Shown: positions 42,674 through 53,225, counted from the first letter of the stretch. The stretch: 64,000 bases of DNA from Patescibacteria group bacterium (GCA_019750255.1 JAIEOU010000005.1:14078-78077), one strand, 5' to 3'. Notes: generated from the sequence alone by a model not told the origin. Numbers and translations are program-made.

Positions 42674-43579
42674 ATGTTAATTGAGATCTTGATTGCGGCG
42701 TTTAGTATCATGCTCGCATCGCTTGTGGGTGTCCTTTTCCTCTCGAGTGTAGCCCAGCAGTTCCTTAATGAGCGCCTCTCATACCTGGTGGCCTTTTCGG
42801 CGGGTGTCTTCTTGGTAACCGCAGGGGCTCTCGCGCTTGAAGTTTTTCATATTTACGAGACGGCACTGTGGTGGGGTCTTGGACTTATTATCGGCGGCTA
42901 TGTCCTCGGTTGGGTACTACAGGTGCTTTTGCCTGAATCCCACCATCATCATGATCCAGCGTGTGGTCATGGTCACGGTAAAGGTGCCCGTAAGCTCATG
43001 GTTGGTGATGCCATTCATAATATTGGAGACGGTATTATTTTGGTCCCCGCCTTCCTCGCTTCTCCCGCTATCGGCATTGCGGTGACGATCTCAATTTTGA
43101 TTCACGAAGCCCTACAAGAAATATCTGAATTCTTCGTGTTGAAGCAAGCGGGCTATAGCACCAAGCGAGCTTTGGCAATAAATTTTGGTATTTCCAGCAC
43201 CATTTTAATTGGTGTTGGGCTTTCGTATTTTGCCCTCGCAACACTTAACCTCGAGGGCGTGTTACTTGCTCTTAGTGCCGGATTTTTCCTCCACGTTGTG
43301 GTCCACGATCTTCTTCCGAAGCGGTCACAGCATGAATCATTTGGCGACTTTCTGAAGCACATGGTGGTGGTCGCGTGCGGACTTGCCCTCATGGCCGCGG
43401 TCAACAATGTCCTGGGAGATTCGCACGTACATGGTGATTCACATGATCATGGTGAAGCGCACGACCCTGAGCATCACGGTGCGCACGAAGGCACTCCAGG
43501 GGGAGCTGTGGTCCCAAAGCCAGCTGAGGAACATCATCATGGTGAGGGGTCTGATCATCATCACGAAGCTCCGCACTAG
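42674..43579 (+). CDS. ZIP family metal transporter with His-rich tail
   Basis: GDAIHNIGDG, HEALQE motifs; His-rich loop and C-terminus. Confidence 0.92.
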   Translation: MLIEILIAAFSIMLASLVGVLFLSSVAQQFLNERLSYLVAFSAGVFLVTAGALALEVFHIYETALWWGLGLIIGGYVLGWVLQVLLPESHHHHDPACGHGHGKGARKLMVGDAIHNIGDGIILVPAFLASPAIGIAVTISILIHEALQEISEFFVLKQAGYSTKRALAINFGISSTILIGVGLSYFALATLNLEGVLLALSAGFFLHVVVHDLLPKRSQHESFGDFLKHMVVVACGLALMAAVNNVLGDSHVHGDSHDHGEAHDPEHHGAHEGTPGGAVVPKPAEEHHHGEGSDHHHEAPH

Positions 43580-43585
43580 ATTCAC

Positions 43586-44644
43586 ATGAGTAATCCAGCT
43601 CCAGTTCCAGTAACAGTTCTCTCGGGTTTTTTGGGTGCAGGGAAAACCACGCTCTTAAATGCCTTGTTAAAAAATCGTGATGGTCTACGCCTGGCGGTGA
43701 TTGTGAACGATATGAGTGAGGTAAATATTGATGCCGAGTTAGTGGCGCGCGGAGAAGCCGCGTTTGACCGAACAGAGGAACGCTTGGTTGAGATGAGTAA
43801 CGGATGCATTTGTTGTACCCTGCGCGAGGATTTGTTACTAGAGGTTAGGGCGCTTGCTGCCGAGGGGCGATTTGATGCCATTGTCATTGAATCAAGTGGT
43901 ATCTCAGAACCACTTCCGGTCGCTGAAACCTTTACCTTTACCGACGAAGCCGGGCAGACACTCAATGAGGTCGCGCGACTTGATACGATGGTGACGGTCG
44001 TAGACGTAGCGCAGTTTTTAGACCTCTACCGTAGTAATGCTACTTTGGCTGATCAGGGTCAGGGTACAAGCGACACCGACGAGCGGACTATCGTACATCT
44101 TCTTACCGACCAGATTGAATTTGCCGACACCATTGTACTTTCCAAAGCTGATTTGGTTGCAGAGGAGAGGCTGGTTGAGCTACGAGCATTTGTTACTCGA
44201 CTTAATCCGGGCGCCCGTATCTTGGTTTCGGCTCACGGAATTGTACCGATTAAAGAACTCATCAACACGGGTCGTTTTAATTTTGAGTCGGCAGCGAGTA
44301 ATCCTGGGTGGCTAAAGGAGCTGCGCGGAGAACACCAGCCCGAAACCGAAGAGTATGGTATTTCTAGCTTTGTGTACACAGCACACAAGCCCTTTGACCG
44401 AAGCCGGCTGACGTCCCTGCTCGAAGCAGGAGTGTTTGCGTCGGTATTGCGCTCAAAAGGGTTTGCTTGGTTTGCTGACCGGCCCAAAGTTGCACACGTG
44501 TGGTCACAAGCAGGCAATATAATTAATCTTGACCCGTACGGTAGTTGGACTAGCGAAACCCCCGAGCAGAAGATTGTCTTTATTGGGCAACGTCTTAAGC
44601 GAGAAGAAATTGAAAAGTCATTGTCGAGCGCGCTTGTTGGGTAG
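43586..44644 (+). CDS. COG0523/CobW-family zinc metallochaperone GTPase
   Basis: SGFLGAGKTT, NGCICC, ESSGISEP, PETEEYGI, RSKG. Confidence 0.95.
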   Translation: MSNPAPVPVTVLSGFLGAGKTTLLNALLKNRDGLRLAVIVNDMSEVNIDAELVARGEAAFDRTEERLVEMSNGCICCTLREDLLLEVRALAAEGRFDAIVIESSGISEPLPVAETFTFTDEAGQTLNEVARLDTMVTVVDVAQFLDLYRSNATLADQGQGTSDTDERTIVHLLTDQIEFADTIVLSKADLVAEERLVELRAFVTRLNPGARILVSAHGIVPIKELINTGRFNFESAASNPGWLKELRGEHQPETEEYGISSFVYTAHKPFDRSRLTSLLEAGVFASVLRSKGFAWFADRPKVAHVWSQAGNIINLDPYGSWTSETPEQKIVFIGQRLKREEIEKSLSSALVG

Positions 44645-44799
44645 TACGCCAGGCTAACAATCTGATGGGTAGTGAATAAGTCATGATGATACGCGTCGTT
44701 GCTTGTAACCCTAGAGCGCAAAAAATAGCCCGGAACAACTAATGTCGTTATGCGAGGTATGGTGCCGAGGTGAGGTAAAATTAGACGCCACAGATACCT

Positions 44800-45405
44800 A
44801 TGATACAAATCATTCTTGTTGTTTTTATAATGCTAGGGGCAAGCGTCTGGTGGTTTGAGGGTGGACAGTCCCCGTTCGGGGGGAGTGTGGCCACCACGAC
44901 GAATCCGGTTGCGGTGGTCGAGTCCGTAGAAACACTCCTAGAAGATATCGCTACAAGGACGGCAGTACGCAGGGAGGATGTGCTGGGGGAATCTCTTGGG
45001 TTCGTTGATGGAGATCTGCCGGCTGCCCTAAACGAATTTCCGGTGCGTTACCCAATGCAGATTGGAACGACTGCTGTAGAGGCTTCCGTTGCAACGTCCT
45101 TACCTGATCGGGTGCGCGGACTTTCTGGTACTAAAAACTTGCCTGACTCCGTTGTTAAATTGTTTATCTTTGAAACCGACGAACCCCACGGTATCTGGAT
45201 GAAAGACATGAACTATCCAATTGATATCCTTTGGGTTGATGGGACAGGTACGATTGTACATATAGCACCAAATACGCTTCCTGACACCTACCCGGAGTCA
45301 TTCTCTTCACCCGTCCCGGCTCGGTATGTCATTGAGGCTGTTGCCGGTTTTGTCGCAAAGCACAACGTCGCTGTCGGCACTCGCGTAGAGTTACCTACCT
45401 TGTAG
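44800..45405 (+). CDS. DUF192 family protein
   Basis: RGLSG, IWMKDMNYPIDILW, YVIE..AG. Confidence 0.9.
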   Translation: MIQIILVVFIMLGASVWWFEGGQSPFGGSVATTTNPVAVVESVETLLEDIATRTAVRREDVLGESLGFVDGDLPAALNEFPVRYPMQIGTTAVEASVATSLPDRVRGLSGTKNLPDSVVKLFIFETDEPHGIWMKDMNYPIDILWVDGTGTIVHIAPNTLPDTYPESFSSPVPARYVIEAVAGFVAKHNVAVGTRVELPTL

Positions 45406-45431
45406 CAGAAAGCTTTCCATTGTATAATAGG

Positions 45432-45780
45432 CAAGTATGATGATCGCCCTTTCTTCGTAAGAAGGTGGGGAGGAAAGTCCGAACACGTCCTGGGTGACCA
45501 GGAGTAGGGTAGCGGGTAACCCCCGTCCGCCGCGAGGCGCGAGGTGCGAACAGAGACGCCCAAAGTGAAAATGATGGGCTTCCTTCGTAAGAAGGAAGAG
45601 TCGTCACGGTAACGTGTCGGGTGAAACGGCAAAATCCTTACCTACGTGCAAGGCCGTGCTATCGGTAACGGCGGCAACGCCCGAACTGATAGAGAGCCGC
45701 TTGAGGGTGATGGTAACATCATTCCTAGGTATATGATCATCCTGTACGCATGTGCAGACAGAATTCGGCTTATATACATG
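45432..45780 (+). ncRNA. rnpB: RNase P RNA
   Basis: Universal GAGGAAAGUCC (45470-45480) and ACAGAAUUCGGCUUA (~45758-45772); TATAAT upstream, terminator downstream; ends approximate. Confidence 0.95.
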
Positions 45781-45865
45781 AAACGCTGCGCCACTTAAGG
45801 CGCGGCGTTTCTTTTGTGATAAAATAGTATCCGTACTTTATCAAGTAGCGTGGCGTGATTTATAT

Positions 45866-48412
45866 ATGATGAATATGACCTTTTCTCCCAAGTTTCGCTC
45901 GGGCAAAGACACTATAGAGCAGTGGTTACTATCAATTGCGCAGTATGTGCTCATTGTTACCGTCGTCGTCACCCCGTTCTTGTTCTTACCGCAGGCACAG
46001 TTATCGCTCGGTTTTACCAAAGGCTTTGTTGTTTTGGTGGGTGGACTGGTGGCGGTCATTGTTTTCAGTCTCTTCATGCTGCGAATTGGGGTGGTGCGTA
46101 TGGTCGCTCCTGTCGTGCTCATTCCATTGTGGACTTTCGTTTTGCTCGCCTTCGCGTCAGCGTTGCTGTCGGGTGACCGGCTTGATGCGCTTGTGGGCGA
46201 CACAGTGCAAATTCATACCGCTACGTTTATTGCGCTGATGGCGCTTGTTGTGTCGGCTACTGCGCTCATTTTGGAAGGGAAGGGCGTCATAATTCGTTTT
46301 TTTATGGCGTTCAGTATCATTAGCTTTGTCGTGCAACTTTGGCACGTGCTGAGACTATTTATTGGTCCGGAATTTTTATCATTTGGCATTTTTACCGCCA
46401 ACACTGTTTCACCACTAGGTAGCTTTAACGATGTTGCCCTTTTCTCAGGGTTAATAATTATGGTTTCAGTGGTCGCTCTTCAACAGCTCCCGCTGCGTGG
46501 CGTGGCGTTTTGGTTTGTTACCGGACTGGTTGTTTTGTCGCTCATCATGCTTATGGTGGTTAACTTCTTCCTGGTCTGGTTGGTGGTTGGGTTTTTCGGG
46601 CTAGTGGTATTTCTCTATACTCTGACTCGTGATCGACTGCTCTTGAAAGAACAAGTGGAAGGCGGCGTGCCGCCTAGTCCCACCGTTTCGCGCCAGGTGC
46701 TCGTTATTGTTGGGATGATCTGTGCTATTTCAGCAGTGTTTGTTGTAGCGGGAAATTTTGTGGGAGCAGCAATCAGTACAGCATTTAATGTCCAGTACAT
46801 TGAGGTACGACCATCCTTTGCAACTACACTTGATATCATTGGTGCCACGTATAGTAATGATAATGCAATACTTGGTATCGGACCTAATCGTTTTGAAGAC
46901 GCGTGGCGTCAGTACAAGAACCCGGTCATTAATGAAACTCTTTTCTGGAACACCACCTTCGTAGCAGGAAGCGGATACGTGCCAACACTGTTTGCAACGA
47001 TGGGCATTGCCGGCGGCCTGGCCTTTCTGGTATTTTTGGGCAGTTTTTTGTTTGTGGGATATCGTATGCTTGTCGCCTCTGTCCAGGGTGAATCATTCTG
47101 GTACTTTGTGGGAACGGCAGCCTTTACTGCAGCGGTGTACGTCTGGGGTATGGCTCTACTCTATGTTCCTGGAACGGCAGTCTTGCTCCTGGGGGCGTTC
47201 TTTACCGGACTTACGCTGGTGGCGTATGCCCAGCTCATGCCGCAGTCGCTGCGCGTGATGAACTTTACACAAAACCGTCCGCGTGCCTTTGTTCTCATAG
47301 GACTCGTGATGGTTGTTATCATTGCAGCAATCGCTTCATTGTTTGTCATGAGTAAACAATTCGTAGCTCATGTGGTGTATGCGCAAGCAGTGGTGGAGGC
47401 GGCAAACACCGCCGACGCGTCGATGGCTGCGGCCAATGCAGACGTAGCGCTCGATCGTGCCTACACATTGTTCCCGAGCGATCGCTATATATCGGAGCGC
47501 GTACAATTACGCCTTGGGGTAATTGGGGAGCTGCTTAATCTTCAGTCTCCATCAGAAAATGATATCGCTCGATTTAACACGGCGGCCGCTGAAGCGTTGC
47601 GGCTTTCAGTAATGGCAGTAACGGCTGACACTTCTAACCCTGCTAATCATGCGTTGCTTGGCAGCATCTATGGCATTCTGTCTGTAGCTGGTGCGACCAC
47701 AACGAAGGATAGTGCCACAGCGAGCTTCGAGAAAGCTCGTGCCCTCGATCCGCAAAATCCAGAATATGGTCTTATCGAGGCTCAGATTGCGACCAGAAGT
47801 GGTGATTTGGCTGCTGCCCGAACATCTCTTGCTCAGTCATTAACCGTAAAGCCTAATTATATCGACGCCCTCTTCTTGCTTTCACAGATTGAAGTAACAG
47901 AAGGTAATGCTGAAGGGGCGCTTGCAGCTACCCGTTCAATTGTAGCTATTGAACCACAGAATCCTGTGCGGTACTTCCAGCTCGGCTCACTACTTGTAGC
48001 TAATCGTGATCTTGTTGCTGCTCGGCAAGCTTTTGAGACAGCCATTGCGCTGGATCCGAACTTTGCTAACGCTCGGTACCTTCTCGCGCTCGTACATCTT
48101 GAAGAGGGTCGCCGCGATGAAGCGCTCGTACAGTTGCGGGTTGTGCAGTCAACTAATAGTGATAATGCTGATCTGGCGACCCTCATTACTCAGTTAGATT
48201 CGGGAGGTGCGGTTCCTCCGCCTCTCGGTCTGTCGACGCCGGTCGATGAACCATCGGTCGAAGTTGATGGTGAAGGTGTAACTACTACAGACACTGCGCC
48301 AGAAACAAATCTTATTGTGCCGGTCAATCGAGGCGGCGAAGAGACTGGTGACGCAGAGGCGGAAGCTGCGTCCGTACCGGTGGGTGACGCAACCAGCGCT
48401 CCTGCCGAGTAG
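45866..48412 (+). CDS. Multi-pass membrane protein (O-antigen-ligase-like) with C-terminal TPRs
   Basis: About 12 TM helices, GIGPNRF loop, TPR repeats (AIALDPNFANARY). Confidence 0.8.
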   Translation: MMNMTFSPKFRSGKDTIEQWLLSIAQYVLIVTVVVTPFLFLPQAQLSLGFTKGFVVLVGGLVAVIVFSLFMLRIGVVRMVAPVVLIPLWTFVLLAFASALLSGDRLDALVGDTVQIHTATFIALMALVVSATALILEGKGVIIRFFMAFSIISFVVQLWHVLRLFIGPEFLSFGIFTANTVSPLGSFNDVALFSGLIIMVSVVALQQLPLRGVAFWFVTGLVVLSLIMLMVVNFFLVWLVVGFFGLVVFLYTLTRDRLLLKEQVEGGVPPSPTVSRQVLVIVGMICAISAVFVVAGNFVGAAISTAFNVQYIEVRPSFATTLDIIGATYSNDNAILGIGPNRFEDAWRQYKNPVINETLFWNTTFVAGSGYVPTLFATMGIAGGLAFLVFLGSFLFVGYRMLVASVQGESFWYFVGTAAFTAAVYVWGMALLYVPGTAVLLLGAFFTGLTLVAYAQLMPQSLRVMNFTQNRPRAFVLIGLVMVVIIAAIASLFVMSKQFVAHVVYAQAVVEAANTADASMAAANADVALDRAYTLFPSDRYISERVQLRLGVIGELLNLQSPSENDIARFNTAAAEALRLSVMAVTADTSNPANHALLGSIYGILSVAGATTTKDSATASFEKARALDPQNPEYGLIEAQIATRSGDLAAARTSLAQSLTVKPNYIDALFLLSQIEVTEGNAEGALAATRSIVAIEPQNPVRYFQLGSLLVANRDLVAARQAFETAIALDPNFANARYLLALVHLEEGRRDEALVQLRVVQSTNSDNADLATLITQLDSGGAVPPPLGLSTPVDEPSVEVDGEGVTTTDTAPETNLIVPVNRGGEETGDAEAEAASVPVGDATSAPAE

Positions 48413-48415
48413 AAC

Positions 48416-50101
48416 ATGGTCCGGCGCGCGCTGTCACTTATGTATAGCGAGATACGCGGCCTTCACCAGGCTGCGTATCTTTTAGCGCTGTTTGCGCTCG
48501 GTTCGCAAATCCTAGCAATTGTTCGAGATCGCACGCTCACACACACCTTTGGTGCAGGAGAGGAACTGGATCTCTACTATGCCGCCTTTCGTATACCGGA
48601 TCTCCTGTACGTGTTATTCGTATCAGTGCTTTCCGTATATGTCCTCTTACCGTTTGTTGATCGGGCAAGGACGAGCGGCGGTAACGCTGCGGGGGCACGA
48701 GTGCTCGGCCAGTTTTTCTCGCTGTTCCTGTATGTCTATGTTGTTGTGGCGGGGGCTTTATTCCTTCTTGCTCCACTCTTCATTCCCTGGTTGTTTCCGG
48801 GATTGACCGAAGAGGCGGATACGCTGACGCTTCTTACGCGCATACTGCTCGTGCAGCCGTTTCTTCTTGGACTATCAACTTTGTTTGGAGTGATTACGCA
48901 GGCTGAGCGGCGGTTTGTGCTCTATGCTATCAGTCCTCTGCTTTACAACCTCGGCATTATTTTTGGAGTGATGGTGTTGTATCCTTATTTTGAATTATCA
49001 GGTCTCGTCTGGGGTGTGGTGTTGGGAGCTGCGGGACATATGCTGGTGCAGTGGCCGCTCGTGCGCAAAAGTGAGCTGTGGTTTCGTTTCATTCCCCGTA
49101 TCGAGTGGCCGCTCGTTCGGGAGGTGTTGTTCGTTGCGGTACCGCGCGCGCTCACCCTGTCAGTCCATCAGCTTATTCTCATTATCCTCGTTGGAGTTGC
49201 CACCACCATGACAGCTGGGTCGGTTGCTGTCTTTCAACTTGCATTTAATCTGCAGTCCGTGCCGCTCGCGATTATTGGTATGAGCTATTCGGTTGCTGCC
49301 TTCCCGATGCTGGCTGAATCTTTTGCTAAGAATGACCGGGTCACGTTTAATGCTCACGTTGTCAGTGCGCTCCGGCATATTATATTTTGGTCGCTACCAA
49401 TTGTGGGTCTCATTATTGTCCTGCGTGCACAGCTTGTCCGTACACTTTTTGGCAGCGGTTCGTTTGATTGGAGTGATACGCGGCTCACTGCGGCGGTACT
49501 TGCCTTATTTGTGTTGTCGCTCCTTGGGCAATCAATTCTTCTCCTCATTGTACGAGCGTTTTATGCTGCGAGTAAGATGTTTGTTCCATTGTGTGTGGCA
49601 GCGGTGGGGGTGGTAGTAACACTTGGTTCGGCTCTGTGGCTTCACAGCGCCTACGCAACCTCTGAAGGGTTTCGTACCAGGCTCGAAACCCTGCTGCGCC
49701 TATCGGACGTCCCTGGAACCGAAGTTTTAACCTTGTCGCTCGCGTTTACACTGGGAGTATGGGCCGAAACTATAATCCTTTTAATCCTTTTTATTCGCGG
49801 ATTTGAGGTGCAGCTTGGAGCATTGTGGCGCCAGACGTTACAGGCAGTCTGTGCGGCTCTCGCGGGCGCGCTCGCTGCGTACGTTACGCTCAACTTTATT
49901 GTTGATGGCGTTAATCAGGAAACGTTCATCGGCATCTTTTTGCAAGGTGCAGTAGCTGGCACAGTTGGCCTCATAGCGGTCATTCTTGCTTATATAGCAG
50001 TAGGATCACGTGAGCTTAATGAGCTCTACCGTTCGTTTAAAACCAAGCTCTTCAAGTCTGATGTTATTGCGCCTCAGGTGGATACTATCGACGCTCTCTA
50101 G
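48416..50101 (+). CDS. murJ: Lipid II flippase MurJ
   Basis: LAIVRD...FGAG...YAAFRIPD, RAFYA motifs. Confidence 0.9.
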   Translation: MVRRALSLMYSEIRGLHQAAYLLALFALGSQILAIVRDRTLTHTFGAGEELDLYYAAFRIPDLLYVLFVSVLSVYVLLPFVDRARTSGGNAAGARVLGQFFSLFLYVYVVVAGALFLLAPLFIPWLFPGLTEEADTLTLLTRILLVQPFLLGLSTLFGVITQAERRFVLYAISPLLYNLGIIFGVMVLYPYFELSGLVWGVVLGAAGHMLVQWPLVRKSELWFRFIPRIEWPLVREVLFVAVPRALTLSVHQLILIILVGVATTMTAGSVAVFQLAFNLQSVPLAIIGMSYSVAAFPMLAESFAKNDRVTFNAHVVSALRHIIFWSLPIVGLIIVLRAQLVRTLFGSGSFDWSDTRLTAAVLALFVLSLLGQSILLLIVRAFYAASKMFVPLCVAAVGVVVTLGSALWLHSAYATSEGFRTRLETLLRLSDVPGTEVLTLSLAFTLGVWAETIILLILFIRGFEVQLGALWRQTLQAVCAALAGALAAYVTLNFIVDGVNQETFIGIFLQGAVAGTVGLIAVILAYIAVGSRELNELYRSFKTKLFKSDVIAPQVDTIDAL

Positions 50102-50333
50102 TTCCTCATCAAAACATGACATGATGTTATTGTCAGCTTGCTGCTTCCAGCCTATCTTGCGGTCTGTCATTTTCTTTGATTGTGCTTCGGTTATTGCGAC
50201 TTCTTTCCATAATATTGACCCAGAACATCAGTAGTGCTGGTTTTTGGATAATGAGGCGCTACAAGTAGTTCCTTAACTCACCTGACTAGTCTTTTGGCCT
50301 AAATAAGGTAGAGTATGCTCACTAATACCTCAC

Positions 50334-52133
50334 ATGAACACCACTATTCGCAATTTTAGTATTATCGCTCACATCGACCATGGAAAGTCGACCTTGGCTG
50401 ATCGTATGCTCGAAATCACCAAGACCGTCGAGGCCCGCAAAATGAAGGATCAGGTCCTTGACTCGATGGAGCTCGAGCGAGAGCGGGGTATCACTATCAA
50501 AATGCAGCCGGTGCGTATGCGTTACGATTATAAGGGGCAACCGTTTGAATTAAATCTCATCGATACTCCCGGACATATCGATTTTTCCTACGAGGTCTCT
50601 CGTGCGCTAAAAGCAGTTGAAGGAGTGTTGCTGCTTGTTGACTCTACTCAAGGCATTCAGGCGCAGACGCTTACTACCCTGCAAATGGCCAAAGACCAGG
50701 GTCTCACTATCATTCCGGTGCTGACTAAAATCGACGTGCCGCACTCGCGTGTTGCGGATGTGAGTGACGAGGTGGTGACGCTCCTTGGCTGTGCGCCGGC
50801 AGATATCATGTGTGTGTCTGGCAAGACGGGAGAGGGGGTTAGGGAGCTCCTGGAGGCGCTCTGCGAGCGTATCCCACCACCGCGTCCCAGCGAAACCACG
50901 ACAGGTTTCCGAGGACTAATTTTTGATTTTCAATACAGTAACCATCGTGGAGTGATTGTGTATTTCCGTGTCTTTGACGGTGAGGTAAAGAAGGGTGATG
51001 TGTTACGGTTTATCGCTAGTGGCAAGAGCTTTACGGCGCTTGAGGTAGGGATTGTTACCCCTGAACAGCAGCCCGTGTCGTCACTCCTCGCTGGCGAAAT
51101 TGGCTACATCGTGACTGGGATAAAAGAGCCTGGAGTGGCGTCGGTAGGTGACACCCTTACGCAAGACAAAACTCCACTTCCGGCACTCCCTGATTATGCC
51201 CAAGCGCGACCGGTAGTGTGGGCGTCGGTGTTTCCCGATAACCAAGATGACTTTACTATGCTTCGCCAGGCTCTCGATCGTCTTAAACTCTCCGACTCAT
51301 CGTTGTCGTATGAAGAAGAGTCTTCTGGAGTACTTGGTCGTGGTTTCCGTTGTGGCTTTCTCGGCATGCTCCATCTTGAAATTGTCACCGAGCGTTTGCG
51401 TCGGGAATTTGATATTGAAATCATCATTACGGCGCCATCGATTGCCTACGAAGTCACCTACCTGGACGATGGGCGAATTGAGCATATATATGCCGCTTCG
51501 CGTTTCCCTGATCATGGTGACAAGGTTTCGGTACGTGAACCTTGGATTCTGGGCCAAATCTTTCTCCCCCCTCTGTATATGGGTGGTATTCTCACCCTGT
51601 TGTATGAGCATGAAGGAAGTGTGATCGATACTGAAGTGTTTCGGGATGGGCGCAATCTCCTAACGCTCGAGATGCCTCTGCGCGAACTCATGCGAAACTT
51701 TTTTGACAAACTAAAAAACGTCTCAAGTGGCTACGCTTCGCTTTCCTACGAAATTGCTGAGATGCGTCCGGCTGATGTGGTGCGACTTGATATTTTGGTT
51801 TCAGAAGAACTTATCCCGGCATTTTCACGAGTGGTTGGGGCGCGCAAGGCTGAATTTGATGCGAGGGCAATGGTTGAAAAACTTCACGACACCATGCCGC
51901 GACAACAATTTGTGCTTAAGATTCAAGCGATGGTGCGAGGTAAGGTCATTGCATCGCGTTCACTCTCGGCTTTGCGTAAAGATGTAACGGGGTACCTCTA
52001 TGGTGGCGACATTACTCGAAAAATGAAGCTCCTGCAAAAGCAGAAGGAAGGGAAGAAGAAAGCCCTCGAACGGGGTAAGGGTAATGTGCACATTCCTCAA
52101 GAAGTATTCATGAAAATGGTTAAATCAGACTAA
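50334..52133 (+). CDS. lepA: Elongation factor 4
   Basis: IRNFSIIAHIDHGKSTLADR, GFRCGFLGMLHLE, YGGDITRK. Confidence 0.98.
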   Translation: MNTTIRNFSIIAHIDHGKSTLADRMLEITKTVEARKMKDQVLDSMELERERGITIKMQPVRMRYDYKGQPFELNLIDTPGHIDFSYEVSRALKAVEGVLLLVDSTQGIQAQTLTTLQMAKDQGLTIIPVLTKIDVPHSRVADVSDEVVTLLGCAPADIMCVSGKTGEGVRELLEALCERIPPPRPSETTTGFRGLIFDFQYSNHRGVIVYFRVFDGEVKKGDVLRFIASGKSFTALEVGIVTPEQQPVSSLLAGEIGYIVTGIKEPGVASVGDTLTQDKTPLPALPDYAQARPVVWASVFPDNQDDFTMLRQALDRLKLSDSSLSYEEESSGVLGRGFRCGFLGMLHLEIVTERLRREFDIEIIITAPSIAYEVTYLDDGRIEHIYAASRFPDHGDKVSVREPWILGQIFLPPLYMGGILTLLYEHEGSVIDTEVFRDGRNLLTLEMPLRELMRNFFDKLKNVSSGYASLSYEIAEMRPADVVRLDILVSEELIPAFSRVVGARKAEFDARAMVEKLHDTMPRQQFVLKIQAMVRGKVIASRSLSALRKDVTGYLYGGDITRKMKLLQKQKEGKKKALERGKGNVHIPQEVFMKMVKSD

Positions 52134-52310
52134 ATGTCTGATTTAAGACCTTACCAGATACTTTTGAGTTTACGAAAAAGTAGCGACAAGGTGTACTGGC
52201 ACCTGTAAGGTGAAGAGTGACTAGATGTCACTCTGCCAGACTCATTGAGAATTTTGCGAGTGGGCGAGCAAAAGTCCAATGAGTGGACAGGCCGCTGTAA
52301 GCGGAAGGGT
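52120..52310 (+). repeat. Structured element at the lepA 3' end, homologous to 54799-54916
   Basis: 11-bp inverted repeat of the gene end around the stop; shared blocks agactcattgag and ccaatgagtggacag; covarying hairpins. Confidence 0.8.
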
Positions 52311-52447
52311 GACTAAAAATTGTGTATAATAAGGGGTGTAACGACTTTGTTTTTCATATATAGAATGTTCTCCTAGCAGAGAAAATCCTATGCTTCGCTT
52401 GGCACTATCCTGAAATAACGGAGAGTGAAGCTCCGTGGTCTTCGGAG

Positions 52448-52558
52448 CTATACTCCGCTTGAGTAGGCCAAAAGCATGCTGAGAATAATCACAATAGCAA
52501 TTGCACCCCAAATCCATTTAATGGCCGTTTTTGTGTTTTTGTGAAAAAGGAAACTCAT
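52448..52558 (-). CDS. Small single-pass membrane protein (36 aa), absent from ORF track
   Basis: MSFLFHKNTKTAIKWIWGAIAIVIILSMLLAYSSGV; basic N-terminus plus TM; -10-like TGCTACTAT upstream. Confidence 0.65.
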   Translation of the reverse strand: MSFLFHKNTKTAIKWIWGAIAIVIILSMLLAYSSGV

Positions 52559-52597
52559 ATCAGCAAGCTATTTTTGTAAGTGCTACAATAGTAGCAC

Positions 52598-52918
52598 ATG
52601 CTAAGTTTTAACCAAAAACGGCAATTACGGCGAGTTGCCACTTCGCCGATTATGCAAGGGGTACTCCTCCTTGTGTGTATCTTTATGGCCCACAGTGCCT
52701 ATGGCCGCTACGCGATTGCCCGAGATATGGCAGAGCGTCGTATTGCTGCTGAGCGAGAAGTGGCAGAGCTGGAGGGCCGTCGGGCCGCGCTTAAAGAACA
52801 AGTGCAGTACATCACGAGCGAGCGGGGAATTGAGGCTGAGATGCGCCGGCAATTTGATATCGCTCGTGAGGGCGAACGGGTCGTTATTATTTTGGACGAG
52901 CCTGTGGCTGCAGAGTGA
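52598..52918 (+). CDS. Septum formation initiator (FtsB/DivIC-like)
   Basis: TM plus coiled coil, GIEAEMRRQFDIAREGE. Confidence 0.8.
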   Translation: MLSFNQKRQLRRVATSPIMQGVLLLVCIFMAHSAYGRYAIARDMAERRIAAEREVAELEGRRAALKEQVQYITSERGIEAEMRRQFDIAREGERVVIILDEPVAAE

Positions 52919-52985
52919 AAGAAGCTACCGTAAGGCTGCGTATATTTGGTATACTAGAAAGACTTAGCCATAAATCAATCTGATC

Positions 52986-53225
52986 ATGTCAAAGACCGTA
53001 ACTATTTACAGTACCCCCGTTTGTCACTTCTGTCACAAGGCGAAAGAGTTTTTTAAAGAGAACAACATCGCCTACACGGAGCATGATGTGGCGTCTGATG
53101 CCGACAAGCGCACCGAGATGATTGATATGACTGGCCAAATGGGCGTGCCAGTGATTCAGGTCGATGAGGATGTAATCATTGGGTACGACGAAGATAAGTT
53201 GAAGGAGTTGCTCGAGATTAAGTAA
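52986..53225 (+). CDS. Glutaredoxin-like protein (NrdH/YruB type)
   Basis: YSTPVCHFC, GQMGVPV. Confidence 0.93.
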   Translation: MSKTVTIYSTPVCHFCHKAKEFFKENNIAYTEHDVASDADKRTEMIDMTGQMGVPVIQVDEDVIIGYDEDKLKELLEIK

